Shown here piece after piece: positions 24,301 to 38,391 of a stretch of 64,000 nucleotides of DNA. The stretch comes from Obrimoposthia wandeli (lineage: Eukaryota). A program made the position numbers and the translations under genes. The notes beneath the pieces were generated by a model. That model had not been told where the DNA came from. It saw only the letters and a list, made by a program, of their open reading frames with translations, and did no database searches. Every line of letters starts with the position of its first letter. The first letter of the stretch is position 1. The DNA lies in contig CDROCS010000772.1 in the NCBI GenBank assembly GCA_977020255.1, positions 806,001-870,000 on the forward strand. The letters are read 5' to 3'.

Positions 24301-27144
24301 AGTTTAAAATCCCTTAAATACAGCACACGTTTACACATGACCTTCGTGGTCCTAATATTTAATTCCCGTCTTAATTTTAACAATTTAATTTTAATATGAG
24401 TTTTATTGTAAATATAACTTTGCTTTCAAGAATTTTTATTTTAGTATAAAATCAATTAATTATTTAAAATTACTCAAAACTTAATCCTAACACGATTATA
24501 CTTTTATACGTCTCTGGCTATGCTCACTCTTCTAGATTTTCCGTCCCTTAATACTCGTCTATCTAACTAATTTGTATATTATAATACCACTAGCTTCGTA
24601 CACTTCTATAATATTATAATAAAACTCACAATCGTACAAGACTAATTTCCGATTAAAATACTATCTTCAAATTCCGGATTGTTTACGATCTTAAGACACT
24701 AAATGTTGTCTTTTAATTTCGGATTGAGGTCTCACCAGTTCCAATTCGATCCTTAATGTGGTGAGGGTCTCTCACGCAGTTTAGCCTAATGTTTTCTCCT
24801 GGTTAGTCGGTTTCTTGGCTAAAATATTAATTTCAAATTAAATTATGTTCTGACAAGGTTAACATCCGACTAAATTATTATTCTTTAATTCGATTTAGGA
24901 TATTACAAGATTAATTCAGATCGATTCTTGACTCAGATTTATAGGCTCGATTCGATGCACGTAAATTGCAAATTAATTCCTTGAAGCCAATCAATTTTCT
25001 GAAATTTGTTATAATACATTTTCTTTATATACTAAAACTCACCTGGATGATTTCACGGTCGCTAATAATTCCTGAGTGCACTAACTGATTCTCCTAAGTG
25101 CACTTCCATGTCTCGTTGCAATGTCGAATAATAGATTTCCTCTTCACGACTAATGAAACCGCCACTTAATTTCACACAATTATCTTTAACAATTTTTACC
25201 ATGTTATTATCTTTTCTTTTCTCTTGCAATTCTATTTTGCAATTATTAATCTTTTTCTCGGCCTTTCTACACAATTTATTCAACTTATATACACATATTC
25301 TAACCTATATTTTAACCTTACTTAATATTTTATTTATTTCTAAATTCAAGCTTTCATACAAAAAATTATTTTATTTATTTTCTTAACTTTCATTATTTTA
25401 AGGTTAATTTTTCCTATAATTAACTTATTTATTTAGTTTTATTTTAGTTTCCTAACCTCAACCAAATAAATTCACTGTTTCTCTCAGATAATTTGTTCAA
25501 TAAACAATTATTTACTCAAATAAGGTATCAAAATTTGTTTTTCTATTAAATTACATGATTATTTGTTGTTACTATATATATATTAGTAATAACAAATAAT
25601 CATATAATTTAGAATTGACTAAAATAACATTTTGAATTGAAAAGCTATTGAGTAAAATTACATTTTAAATTGAAAAGTGTATTGGAGTAAATAATTCTTG
25701 AGTAAAACCTTAAACTAGTAGAGAATTGATTTACGTTGATTGTAAAAGTATAATTGTAAAAGTGAAATTACCATAATATTGTATAAGTGTAGAGATAGTA
25801 TACAATAGTAAATAGTTAGTTAGACGAGTAGTAAGGCACGGGGAATAATTTGAAGGGTGATTATAGCAGGAGCCGTATGAAAATATACGCATAGAAAAGT
25901 GCCAACTATATTGTGTATTTCTGTAGTAATTTTGGGAAGTTCTAAGTGCACTTAGTTAACTATAGTTATTCTAGCGAAATCGATAGAAGATTCATTCCGA
26001 GTTAACTCCCTTGTGAAATTCGTGTGCCTCTAACATATGATTAGCCGAAGGACAACCCACGAGAAAATATTTCACGTGCTGACAGATTCAGAGGGGTATT
26101 GTCTACGTCGATTGGTCCCGGCTCTGTTTCATTGATATTCGGTCTCGGTGTTGCGAGACCCTTCCAACATTAAAAACTAACTCAGCTGATAAGAAATCCA
26201 CCTAACGTATATCACATCACACTAGTTTTGGGGTCCTACTAGCTATTCTGTGAACACAACACACCACAAGACAATAAGACATAAAACCTTCAGATTTGAG
26301 ACTAGAATTAAGTAAGAAAAGAACAGGTAGGCCACATTCATCTGTAAGCCCTATCGCTACAGAACTAACGATGGGGCCTCCATACGAGGATCTAATAGAA
26401 GAGTTTCAATTAGAATCCTCAACAACTGTATGGTTCATCTCGAATCATTACAGTGTAGTTGTGAGTATATACTAGTTAGGTGGGTTGTGTCCAATACCTA
26501 TAAAAAAACTGTATCAATTTGCACTTAGTATAAGTGCTCTTACTTTTAGACAGAGCAGACAGGGGCAGCTGTGATTGTTGCGATATTCTTCTTTTCTTTA
26601 ATTTTCCTTCTTCTTCCTCTAATCAATTCTTCAATACTTTGCTAACTTCGTTTTGGGGCCTTTAGGTTAAGTTTAAAATCCCTTAAATACAGCACACGTT
26701 TACACATGACCTTCGTAGTCCTATTATTTAATTCCCGTCTTAATTTTAACAATTTAATTTTAATATGAGTTTTATTTTAAATATAACCTTGCTTTCAAGG
26801 ATTTTTATTTTAGTATAAAATCAATTAATTATTTAAAATTACTCAAAACCTAATCCTAACATATCTTGGAGGTTCCAAAAATGTTACGTCCTCGGAACGT
26901 ATCGATTTTTATTTACTAGTCCCAGATTTTAGAAAAAACATCCCCACTTAATTTCAAACATTCAATTACTCTTCAACATACCCACTGGTTGACAAGAATC
27001 GGTATTTTTCGGTCTTATTTGAATAATTCGGACATGGTCAACGAATATTCAATTAACATGTATTTTTACAAAAATGAATGTTTTAAGAATGAGAAGGTTA
27101 AGAGAAGGAAAAGAAGAAGGAAAGGGTAAAGTGTCAGTGTTCCA

Positions 27145-27675
27145 TCAGTCATCCATTGTTAAGTCGATGGTGGGCACTGGCCTATTCCGCTCCTCGAGGA
27201 ATAGCATCACCTGCTCCAGGGGCAACGTTGGGAACACTGGAGTGTCGCCCTGGTAAAGCCCCAGCTGCTGGAAAATATTCAGATGCGGGCTTTGGCGGAT
27301 TAGAGAGGCGCCGGAACTGTGCTGCTCATGGTTGCTGAGCCACACTCGCCGAGCGTACTGCCACGAGTGGTGGTCACGGCTAGACCGCCACACCTCTCGT
27401 ATATTGCGCTGCGCGTCGCGACGGCGCACAGGGCAGATGGGGCATCGGCACCACTCGCCACAAATACAGCTGGTAGGTGAGCGGGTGCCCTTTGAGCGTC
27501 CACGGCATTGGATTGTCCACTCGGTGAAAGGTGCTCGGCACATCGGGCATGTGATGTTGCCGGCGGGTCGAGCTTTGGCCCACATATAGAGGCACGCTTC
27601 GTGGAATCGGTGAAGGCACCCGGCAGGGATTGCCGAGGAGTCCCGAACTTTGTTGAGGCCCTCCAAGCATATCAT
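27145..27675 (-). pseudogene. Inverted copy of RING-H2 protein 3, second Cys lost
   Basis: ICLEGL instead of ICSVCL; otherwise an open frame. Confidence 0.75.
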
Positions 27676-27993
27676 CTGCACAATGGTGTATCGGTTAAAT
27701 CACTTTTTTATTTGAAGTTTATATGATTTTAAACCTTAATATTTTAACCTACCAAATTTTGTCTTTTCTTAGGGTATGTTTTTCGCATTCTAAGTATAAA
27801 AATTGTCTTTTGGGATTTTCAGTATAATAATTACAATTTCAATTAAACATCATACATAAAAATGATAAAGGTCATTTTACAGTTTCACAAGATTATACAA
27901 TTATGATTACAATTATGGTAGCTATTTTACCGTGGTATGCGATACACAGGGTTAGTTCATGATGTCACGTTTATGTCAAAAAGTTACCTTCGA

Positions 27994-28299
27994 TTATTGT
28001 AGGCTATCGAGCTGGCCTGTGCGTCGCTCATCCACGCAGAACATGCATCAGCAGTCGCAGATGTCCTTCCAGCAGTGCACGATGGGTACCACTGTTTGAA
28101 GTCAGTCTCGGTTGTATACGAAGTGTACCGAGAAGGATGCCCTGCACATCGGGCAGGTTGGGTAGTCGAGGGGCTTGTTGCTGTTGACAACTGGGATCCA
28201 TGTCTCGAGACATTGGACATGGAATTTGTGTTCGCAGTTGTTGGGTTTGGTGTAGAGGTCCACGATGTTCTCGTAGCAGATGAAACATTCTCCAGACAT
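27994..28299 (-). pseudogene. Inverted copy of RING-H2 protein 2 with premature stop after the RING
   Basis: NRD* (TGT to TGA) removes the Cys-rich tail. Confidence 0.8.
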
Positions 28300-28359
28300 T
28301 GCTGTGAGAGGGGTGATGTTGAATTTGGGCTCGATTGAGGGTTGGTTGTTGTGTGATGT

Positions 28360-28586
28360 TTACACAAAGTGGTCGGATCTTGTAGTTCTGATGTACAGAA
28401 AAAACACCAACACTCTCTCAAATTTTTCCAACAAAATTCCACCTGTACATCTACATCCTCTTGGTTGGTTTCTATTATGACGAACTTTGTGAATTGTCTT
28501 CTGCATACAGGGCAACGAGGGTATGTTGGATGGGGGAACTCTCCATAAGTTGTGATCCATTTTGATAAACATTCCTCGTGGTACAT
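28360..28586 (-). pseudogene. Inverted copy of RING-H2 protein 1, N-terminus deleted
   Basis: Starts at HEECLSKW; the segment matching left-arm 2130-2215 is missing. Confidence 0.8.
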
Positions 28587-29133
28587 AATGACAATTAATT
28601 TCTACATGAATTTTACATAATTCTACACTTGTTTGTACAATCGCTTCTACATATCTCTACATATTTTTACACACTTATTTATCTACAACCTCCTCTGACT
28701 TGTCATGTGTTGATGGGAGGCGGAGGTAATGGTCGCAATTCCACTTCCTCCATCATGGTTGTATTATAGCATCGTAGTTCTTTGCATCTTCGTCGTATTC
28801 TTGGGCATACCTGACTGCCTTTCACGCACACGACTGTCAAAAGAACTTCGGCCATTACAATTAAAGCATTGACTGCAGTTATCCCGCTGTCTGAGGATTG
28901 ATAATCGTATTTTATTTTGATGTTTGTTGGTTTAGATGGCGTTTCCATTGGTGCTGTTCGGTTTCCGTGTATTATGTCTGATTTTCTAATAAATCGCGGA
29001 TTTGGATATTTTGTTTTTTATCTAATTAATCGAGATTTGAGATCCTGTGGAATCGTTCCCTTCACTCTTATCCTCTCGATAATTGTGCTTTGGTTACTGG
29101 AATCGAGCTCATTTCCTTTCACCTCTGCCTTTT

Positions 29134-30159
29134 TTATGACTGCTTTTGGTTTCTCGGAATTGAATTTTTGGGTCTGATGCTCATACCTAGTCCACGAAAT
29201 CGACGTGTCTGGTATCTTAGAGTTACATAGAATATTTCACCTGTTATTACTATGATTACGGTAGAGGTCTCTTTAGCATTACTGGAAATTCGGTTACATA
29301 TACATTCTGCATCATAATGTGGTACTAACAGTTGGGGTTGTATTGCGAATTTGATTCCGTCATATGGATTGGGACACGCCACTGTTACCTGGTCAGTTTC
29401 TAACAATCTGATAAATAAATTAACGGAATTCCATACAGTTTTACGTCGTTAATGACCATAATTATGTCAATAACTTTCCAGATGCGCTCGTCGTTAGGCA
29501 ATATTACTGACTTTGTTCGGATAATTTGGATAATCCGTTTCTTTTTTGATATTGTTATTCGTAGGTATAATACCTTTTCATAATAGAATAGTATCAGTCG
29601 GTAGTAAAGTGTATGTTTGTCAATTGTATGATCAGTATGATTCCTATTATCGTTCGGTTCCGAATCTCAGGAACTTCTCTGGGATACCTCAAGTTACTCA
29701 TGAAGTACGGTCTTTCCTCGATATGTTCATATATCGTTGGCTGATACTCTGTTTCTAGTTCATTTATAAATGCTGGTCTTAGTATAGTTGTGTCGAATTT
29801 TTGTAAATTCATTTGACCTGTTCGTCTTGCGAGATCGTGACGTTTCTTTTTCGATTTCAGCTCGATCTTTGTACAACAAAACAAGATGAGCAATATTAAT
29901 ATTATGATTCCGATAATCAATACATGTCACTGAGAAGTACTATTTTAGTTTATCCAAATGTGTATCCTTCACATGTGACAACACTAACTCCATAATATCC
30001 ATTTAGTGTTTTCATTTCTGTCGCTGGTATTATACATAATCGTTATGGACATCCTTTCACACAAATGATCATCACGGCTTTACTGTGAGACGTCTTGATT
30101 ATTTCTAGGGTGTTGTCTAGATTTCTCAAATGTAGATTATATTCAGCTAGCGTCATCAA
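29134..30159 (-). pseudogene. Inverted, internally deleted copy of the 437-aa membrane ORF
   Basis: Track ORFs 29594-29920 and 29134-29406 match parts of ORF 190-1503; deletions break the frame. Confidence 0.8.
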
Positions 30160-30384
30160 TTCAGCTTTACTCGTTGGAATGGCTTGTACAATGGTTTCTG
30201 TCTTTGACTTGAGATTTCTGATTCCAGCTTTATTCTCTCTTTACAAACCTGGTTGATTAATATGTTTTTCGTCGAAACGCCATTAGTTGCACGAACATCC
30301 AATGAAAAATGAGAAACGTATCAATTGAAAGTGTTGGTTGAATATGCTTAAAGTGAACTAAATCAATACATCCATTTTCATCTC

Positions 30385-30940
30385 ATTCTGTACAGTTTTT
30401 ATCACAGACACATACCAAACTGCGCAGGGACACAAGCCCCTCTACACGACTTAATCAAAAACATGCACAAACAAGAAAGATCACACTAACCGACATCAAC
30501 ATAAAACATTTCAATACAGCCAAACAAGCACTCACAGACGCTACAACATTAATTTTCTTAATTCCAAACGCACCATTTACGCTCACCACAGACGCTTCAA
30601 ATTACGCAATAAGAGCAGTTTTAAATTAAACAACAGAAACCACACCACAACCAATTGCATTATTCTCAAAAAAACTGAAAATACACCAGTCCAAATACTC
30701 AACATACGATAGAGAATTATTGGCCATATACGAGACCATAAAACACTTCGAAACACATCTAGAAGGAAACACTTTCACAATTTACACAGATCATAAACCA
30801 CTTCTACACATCATCACCATGAAAATACCCTCGTCATGCCAAATCAGACAGATTAACTACATCTCGTAATTCAATTGTACTATCAAATACATCACTGGAA
30901 ACACAAACATCGTAGCAGACACACTCTCACGCATACATAA
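30385..30940 (+). pseudogene. Ty3/Gypsy RT-connection and RNase H remnant
   Basis: YSFYHRHIPNCAGTQAPL, FTLTTDASNYAI, YSTYDRELLAIY, FTIYTDHKPL and NIVADTLSR, with stops. Confidence 0.9.
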
Positions 30941-31287
30941 AAAATAAACAACCATCACTCACTAGACCCAAAATATGAGGGTCCATACACCATCATCCGA
31001 CACAACACCAACAATACAACGATCATCAACAAAAACCAAAAGCCAACGCTTATCAATAACATAAATTTGAAAATCACCCACCCAGAGAAACACAAAACAT
31101 ATCACAAACACACAAAAGCAAGACAGTCAAATTCACCACCGAAACACGTCCGACAAACACCACTTATTCCATAACTCCGTTATCATAGGTGAGAAGTTAT
31201 GCTGTGAACCTATCCTTCCACTATCCCTCTTTCATCACTACCTTGTGTTTTTATGCGAGTTTTGTATACTTATTTTGCATACTTGTT

Positions 31288-31560
31288 ATGTATTATGTGA
31301 ATTGTATTTCGATGAAACGTTGTTTACTGATAAACTGCTTGTAAACTCAATAGTTAAGTTCATTTTAAAATTATTCAAAGATTTCTTTGCTGCTAATATT
31401 GATGCATTTGCATCACACAAGGCGCCTATTATAGTTAGACATTCCAGAGGGTTTTCTGCTTTTATAAAAAAGGAAATTGATTATCCTGTTTAGCCGTCGA
31501 TTGTGTTGTTCACCAGCAGCATTTGATGACTAAAGTATAAAAGACAAACTAAAAAATGCA
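31288..31560 (+). pseudogene. hAT (Buster-like) transposase fragment
   Basis: Roughly 85% identical by eye to the reverse complement of 39,300-39,555; RGFSAFIKKEIDYPV...VDCVVHQQHL motif. Confidence 0.7.
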
Positions 31561-34449
31561 ATCACTGTTTTTCAATGTAGTTCAATTAAAGTAAACCAAA
31601 ACGACAAAAACTGTATTGTATTAATACTGGGATATTCAATTTAAATCTACTTTTAAATTCTAATAAATACAGTATTGAACTGTCATGGTGCCAAAAATGC
31701 AAGTTTGGTTTTCAAACTGAACTTGCATTTATTAAATATATCACACATTGTAATATATCAACCCCTTTGAAAATAAATAAAACTCTTCCACAAAGGACTC
31801 TACTAAATCTGCTGGGTAAGCTACTACTAACTTTTGCTTTAATTGAGATATGATCACTGGTAATAAGAATCACTTAGCGACAGTGGAGAAAATCAGACGA
31901 GGTAAAATTGTTTATAAAAGAAAATTTTATTTACCAATTCAAGCAGAATCTAATTAATCTTTGAAATCAGGATCGAAAAAATCTCGGAATGGAGAAATTT
32001 CTCCGCACGTCTCCTCAGTTAGCTGAGTTCCTGCATAAAAGCATTAATACAATCTGATAAAATATTTATTTAAAAAACATTAATAATTTTTTTAAAAATT
32101 ACCTCAACAATGGGATAAGGAAATTTATCCTGCCGCTCCATCGATACCTCGGTAGACTTGAGCAGATTGGATTTTGCCTTTTTAGAGCGCTTGTTTTTCG
32201 TACCACCGCCCTCTACTTCTAAGTAATTTACTACTATAACAGGAAGATTTTCCTGTTTCACCAACTTGGCCTTTTTCCGGTGGACCGTCTGGGTTTTGAC
32301 TCGATGTTTTCAAGTTTTCTTAACCACCGCTTGCTTCCTAACCACCGGTAGAATAGGTACCGCCTTCTCCAGAATGTCCTCCACTAGATCGTCTTCCTTT
32401 GTTAGCAATCTTAGCAAATTGCAAACTTATTGGCTGCAATATAGCGAATTTGAATGTAGGCTAAAATTTAATTGTGAGTTTTGCAATTTGGCGATGGACA
32501 CCGATTCATTTTTTCTAGAATGTAAGAATGTAAACAATACAGTCTTATTATCCAAAATTAATTAGCCAATCAAATATGCAATGACGTTTTTAAAAGCATC
32601 ATTGGAAAATTCAAGGATGAAAGTGTTGGCACCGTCTTGTTTGATGAATCTGTATTCCTGAAACAAAAATTTAATTCTATAAAAACTAGTATGAGGGCTA
32701 AAGAGCTTTCACTTTGCTAAACTGATATCCATCATGAACACTATTTCAAATTCTACGAGACTGGTGAAGTGTTGAGTGTTGGTCAAACCCGTATGTAAAG
32801 TTGCGACCAACAAATATATACTTTTGTCAGTGATAAAGTCGCGCTCAAATCATATAACGACAAATAAGAGTGGGTCTCAAACAAAATTTGGTACCGACAT
32901 TATTACCTCAGACTAAATTATTAACAACTAGATGTTTAAAAATTGTATAACCATATCATTTGTATGCACTTTTTATTGTATGTTCTATATTTTGAATTTG
33001 CAAAGACTTTTATTTTATACTGTACAATTTATATTATGGCATTGCCTACATGATTGAATATATTAAAAAATTGTTTGTTTCAAAAATTCTTTATTCTAAA
33101 TTTTTATTTTGTACACATTATAATTTGTTAGTTTTTTTGTTGTTATGTACCATTTTAATAAAATCGTTTCTTAAGTTTCTCGTTTCTTACCTTATCTTTA
33201 ATAAAAGCGTCAATCAGCTCATCTTGGCTAACATTGTTTTCCATCATGGCATCAACTAGTTTTCTTATTCTAATGCTGAACGCTGAGAATCGTTCGCCAT
33301 ATCAATGCTTAACCTTTGATAGTTCACATACTTCAATTGCTGAATTTATCGTTGACTGGCATCCTTCCATAATAATGCAGCTTCATTGGACAACAACAAA
33401 TCAAGGGAATCTCTGATATTAAAACCCACTCTTCTATATCTTTAAACCCATTTTTCACCTTTCTTTGAAATCGTTCCATCGTATCTTTTTATGTTGTACT
33501 TCAACATCATTCTAATCTCTTTTGGAAGATACTCGAGAATATTCTTCTTTGATTGATTTCTCGTCAATACATTTATTTCGGCGAGGTCGCCAGTTATGTT
33601 TTCCATTGTAGACATAATTCAAATGTCAGATTCTACAGACACAAGACTTATTTATGTACACAGGGATTTTATGAACGGATATTCTCAGTAGGATATTTCC
33701 GGCTTTTATTTACATAACTGTAAATTACATGAATTAATTGTAATTCAAGTTTTGTATTGAAACATTCACTTTCTTCAACTCGAATAACTTTAGTTGTTTA
33801 AAATCTAGAATTACAAATTGTACTTTTGCTTCCAACGGTCTTTCCGAGAAAGTAATGAGTTTGCTAAAAGGTGCTTGAACTATTGACAACATCTACTGAC
33901 AAACCATTAAAACGTAACATGTTAGAAGACTTTCATTATCTACTGTATTTATGCAATTTTTAAACTTATGAACAATCTTCAGTTTACCGTCTACAACGGA
34001 TATTTTCAAATCTTTTATACAAATCTATCATTTTAACATTAACACTATCCATCACTTTGATTTTTTGTTGATAAACCACATATTTGTGGATGGACTAACA
34101 TGTGATGTTGCATTATCATGTTGATATGATATATTGAGATCACCAATTTCATTAATATATGGCACCAAATAACAACTCACTGGTAGAATATAGATGTCAG
34201 TTCCTCAAAGATGTCTTATATTAATTTTAAAATAGAATTAGATGAGTATTGTTTTTTTCAAATTCATCTATTATAGTAGATTAAACGAGAAATATAATCA
34301 TGCTATTTTTATTTATAATTAATTATTTACGAAAACATTTATTTTCTATAGCAACGTTTTCGTTAAATTTATTACTCACCAGGAAACATTCTTAATATAA
34401 AAAGTTGATAAAAATCACTTACTGACAATTATAATTGCATAATCCCAAT

Positions 34450-34522
34450 TCAAAAATAGTTCAGTGGTAGAATACACGACTTGCTAGAAGTGAGATTATT
34501 GGTTCAATTTCCGGTCGCGGCA
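34450..34522 (+). pseudogene. Degenerate tRNA-like sequence (tRNA pseudogene or SINE head)
   Basis: A-box TAGTTCAGTGGTAGAAT and B-box GGTTCAATTTCC at tRNA spacing; the 5' acceptor strand does not pair with the 3' GGTCGCGGC. Confidence 0.55.
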
Positions 34523-34992
34523 TTTAAATTTCTTTCGAACGTAACAGAACTATGAATGAGGAGTGAATTAAGAGAATATCGTCTGCAACTTCGAGTTTTA
34601 TATCAGTCTTGAATTTAAAATTTTCTGTTTTGAAGTTTGATAACAGAGGATGTTATCAAATGATAAGGTGCCAAATAAATATCTTAGTACATGTTTATTT
34701 AGTATAATGTATTTTTTTTAATTTAGACTTAAATTTATGAATTGTAATCTCTAAAATGTCTCTTTCTTTTCGTCTGGTCGACGTCAAAAATTATATATTT
34801 TGAACTATAATTTGTCGAGAAAGAAACTTATCATCAATTATATATAACCTACGCAAACAAATACGATAATAAAATATTCTTTTTGAATTATTATAATTCA
34901 CAGAAGTTGAGGTTGGTTCACTATCTGTCTACTCCATGCACAAATTGTCGTATACATCCTCATCGTCACTGCCATTAAGTTGGCGTGACGTA

Positions 34993-35529
34993 CTAGAAAA
35001 TGTTGATGCCTTCACGGGGATCTGGATCGCAGGAATTGATAGATTTCTTGAAAATACACATAACCTGTAGTAAGCAGGAAATCATCACAAACAGAAGCAG
35101 TATCGTGAATTTGCGGTTCTGAGGATTAAAACTAGTTTCAATAATAGCCAATAGCTGATAAGAAAGGGTTGCGTACTTGGGAATAGAAGACGGTTCTTCG
35201 CCACTGTTTTGGATGACAGTTGTCTGGGTCAATGTGGATATCTTGTCGACTGATGTAAGTTGTTCATTCTTCGGAGAAGAAGATGGCAATCCTTCGATGA
35301 TCGACTCCACCCCAAATTCGGTGTTGGTTAGTGGAGCACCTTCTGTGAATATTACTCCAAGTTCACCGTTTATTTCGCTGTCAATACTGCCAGAGGTCTT
35401 GGTCTCTCGTCGTTGGACATCTTCGCTGGAGTTTGTCACGATTACGTGCGGATTCTTGTCGGATACCGGATTCATGAAATGCACTGTTGCTGTGTCTGCG
35501 TCTTCTTTGTGTAAGCCTACCTGGTACAA
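34993..35529 (-). CDS. Orphan membrane protein with Ser/Thr/Glu-rich stalk and C-terminal TM (possibly a last exon)
   Basis: 178-aa open frame; TM FTILLLFVMISCLLQVMCIF; TTG start only. Confidence 0.45.
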   Translation of the reverse strand: MYQVGLHKEDADTATVHFMNPVSDKNPHVIVTNSSEDVQRRETKTSGSIDSEINGELGVIFTEGAPLTNTEFGVESIIEGLPSSSPKNEQLTSVDKISTLTQTTVIQNSGEEPSSIPKYATLSYQLLAIIETSFNPQNRKFTILLLFVMISCLLQVMCIFKKSINSCDPDPREGINIF

Positions 35530-36668
35530 TGCTTTCGAATCATTAAACCGGTATTGATTTCATTAATTCATAGATTTAGCTAATGTATTTCGGTTTTAGA
35601 TGTTAAATAATTGAAAACACCAAATAATTCTAAAATACATTTTGAAATAATGACAAAAAAGACATATAGTATATCCAAAATTATCTCCATGTCTATTTTT
35701 CACTTCAAACATTTCAAAATCATATTTTAAAAAATCACAAATTAAATTTGTATTTTAATTATGCAAAAGTCGTTCATTGAAGTTTTGTTTAATCTATTTA
35801 TTATTGAAATTAATATATTTGAGTTTAACCCGCCCTAAAAAGACATCCCTAGTAATAATATTTATAAATATCTTCATTCATTTTCATTTATTATATTATA
35901 ACAGAAAATAAATTTCAAAAGTTTGTTTAATAATAAACGTTTATAGTAAGAAGAATGTTTTAAAGAAATATCTAAGGCAATGAGAAATTTTGGAAATAAT
36001 GTTAATAATATATTCCGATAATATCAACATATATTTCAAATATTGAAGTAAATATCCGCAATGATAGTGGGATACCGATTAATTTTGCTCATAACACAAA
36101 AACTAGTTTAACCCTATTATTAATATTAACATTATTTAAGTAAAATAATAAAAAATTATATTAAAAATTGTTTTTCATGAGAAAGCTTCTAACTTGGACT
36201 TTGACAATTAAATTAACGTTTACATACAGATGAATAATACAAAAATACCATACTTTAGAACAAACTTTTGTGTTCCAGTTCAAAATAATCTGTTTTACAC
36301 ATAAAGTGGTAAAAAATATATATTTATTTTATTTCTATTAAAAGGAAACTAATTTTAAATTTATTACATTAACATTTATCTTAAATATTATTATTGTAAA
36401 ATTTATTGTCCTCATGCTCGAATGTACTAAAAAATAATACGCAGTTTTCAATTATAAAACTGTAGAACAGATGTTTCGAACCGTTTTGATATCATGCCCT
36501 AGATGGGTACTGATTAACTAATTAGATTTAGGTAACCAATAGTTCTACAAATAAAGTTGTTTCGAAATTATTAGATAGTTTAAAAATGACTACTTAGCAT
36601 TTTCTTATCATATATTTTGTTACTTGTTTCCCTTTTTAAAAATACTATAACGACTTTTAGATTCTTTA

Positions 36669-38391
36669 TGTTAGGATTAGGATTTAAAAAATTAATTAAT
36701 TATATATATAGAAAAAATAGAACCCCGAAAACAAAGTTAAATAAAATAAATAAATTTTAAAATTAAAATAAAATTTAATTTAATAAGATTAAAATAATTT
36801 TGGGACATAAAGAGGTCATGTGTGTTGTGTGATATATATAGGAAATGATTTTATTACAAAGGGCCCAGAAAATTACAATTATTAAGAAATAAGAAGAGAG
36901 AAGTAATTACGAAGAAGACAGAAAAAGGAAAAATCCATTAGTTCAAGTCGCGAGACATCTCAAATCCATTAGTTTGAGTCACGAGAAGCAGCCATCTTTC
37001 GTGATGTGAGAACAAACTAGCTCAATCCATTAAACTAGTTGTTTCTTTGCAGGTTGATATATATAAAAAGGAAAAAAGAAGATTGATAAAAAAGATAAAA
37101 AGGAAAATTTGGAATTATCGTAGAGAACACAGATAGCCAAGAAAATCAGTGATTACTAGTTAATTGGTAAGCAAGCGCATTAATTTTGTGTACATTAAAA
37201 TTTAGTCAGCGATATAAATATAAAAAAGGAAAAAGAAGATTGGAAAAAAGGGCAAATTTCGAGTTATTGAGAAACCACAAAAACGAAGAAAATCAGCAGT
37301 TGCCGTTATTTCGATAAGCGCGCGTAGAAATTTTAGTGACCTTGAATTTGAGTTATTGAATCAGTGAATTCGGACAAAAGTATCCTAACCAGCGGATCCG
37401 GACCGCCACCGGAGGATTTTATTAATTGGTAAGTTTGCATCTAAATTTGAATTGAAATAAAGAAATTTTGTGCATATTTTATGTATCTAAATTTGAATCG
37501 AAGTAAAGAAATTTTGCATCTAAATTTAAATTGAAATAAGAAAATTTTGTGTATCTAAACTTGAATTAAAATAAAGAAATTTTGTGCTTCTAGAATTGAG
37601 ATCAGATAAGGAAATTTTGTGTATCTAAATTTGAATTGAAATGAAGAAATTTTGTGCATCTAAATTTGAATTGAAATAAATAAATTTTGCGTTACAAAAT
37701 TTGAATTGAAATAAAGAAATTTAGTGTATCTAATTTTGAATTGAAATCAAGAACAATTAAAAAACTTCATCGTGAATTATAATGGAATTTTATAAAGTGG
37801 TTATCGTAATTGAATTTATAGATGGTTAGTTTTTTTCAACTTTCAAAAACTATACTTGATCCTTACAAATTTTTACTTCACTGAGTAAGGTCAACTCGGA
37901 GAATAGAAGTTAAGAGATGTTGAAAAGGAGAACCTTTAGAATTAATAGGTCAAATTAAAATCAATACGTTAGGTTAAGGTCATATTTGTTTACCACTTGT
38001 GGAAACGAGCCTAGCTGGACAAATTATTGTCAGTTGTAGGACTTTTTTAGTTAAGCGCGAATTATTGTTGTTGTCACACCTTTTAGTTAGATGTGAATCA
38101 ATATATTATTTTCTACACATCAAGTAGAGTCAATTGATCAACCAACATAGGGCTAGGGATATACGAATTTCATTATATACGACCTTAAATTAACGGAAAA
38201 CCATCTGGTGTACTACAAACATCACTCTCTACACAACTGCAATACAAACTCAAAAAAGAAACCCTTCAAAACTGGGACTAAGTGAACTAAACCAGAAAAG
38301 ATAGGCCACATACATCGGTAATCCCTATTGCTACAGAACTCACACTGGGGGCCTCCATACGAGGATCTAGTTTCAAATAGAAACCCCAACA
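36669..38391 (+). mobile_element. Solo LTR (1,723 bp) related to the LTRs at 3.9-8.5 kb
   Basis: TGTTAGGATTAGG...GAAACCCCAACA; 4-bp TSD TTTA on both sides; same 3' terminal motif. Confidence 0.85.
37437..37752 (+). repeat. About nine copies of a 35-bp unit inside the solo LTR
   Basis: Consensus GCATCTAAATTTGAATTGAAATAAAGAAATTTTGT. Confidence 0.85.

Larger units (their letters stand above)
22823..30188 (-). repeat. Inverted copy of about 160-7,964 (accessory ORFs plus composite LTR)
   Basis: Every left-arm ORF has a minus-strand counterpart. The arm ends at an LTR terminus (...TAGAAACCTCAACA at 22823). Several internal deletions. Confidence 0.95.

Noticed and set aside
27984-28586. 200-aa ORF that looks like a long RING-related protein
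   Set aside because: A truncated RING1 copy reads through a frameshift into the alternative frame of RING2; not an independent gene.
32070-33950. Coding-looking minus-strand stretches
   Set aside because: Multiple stops and no recognisable family; left unannotated.
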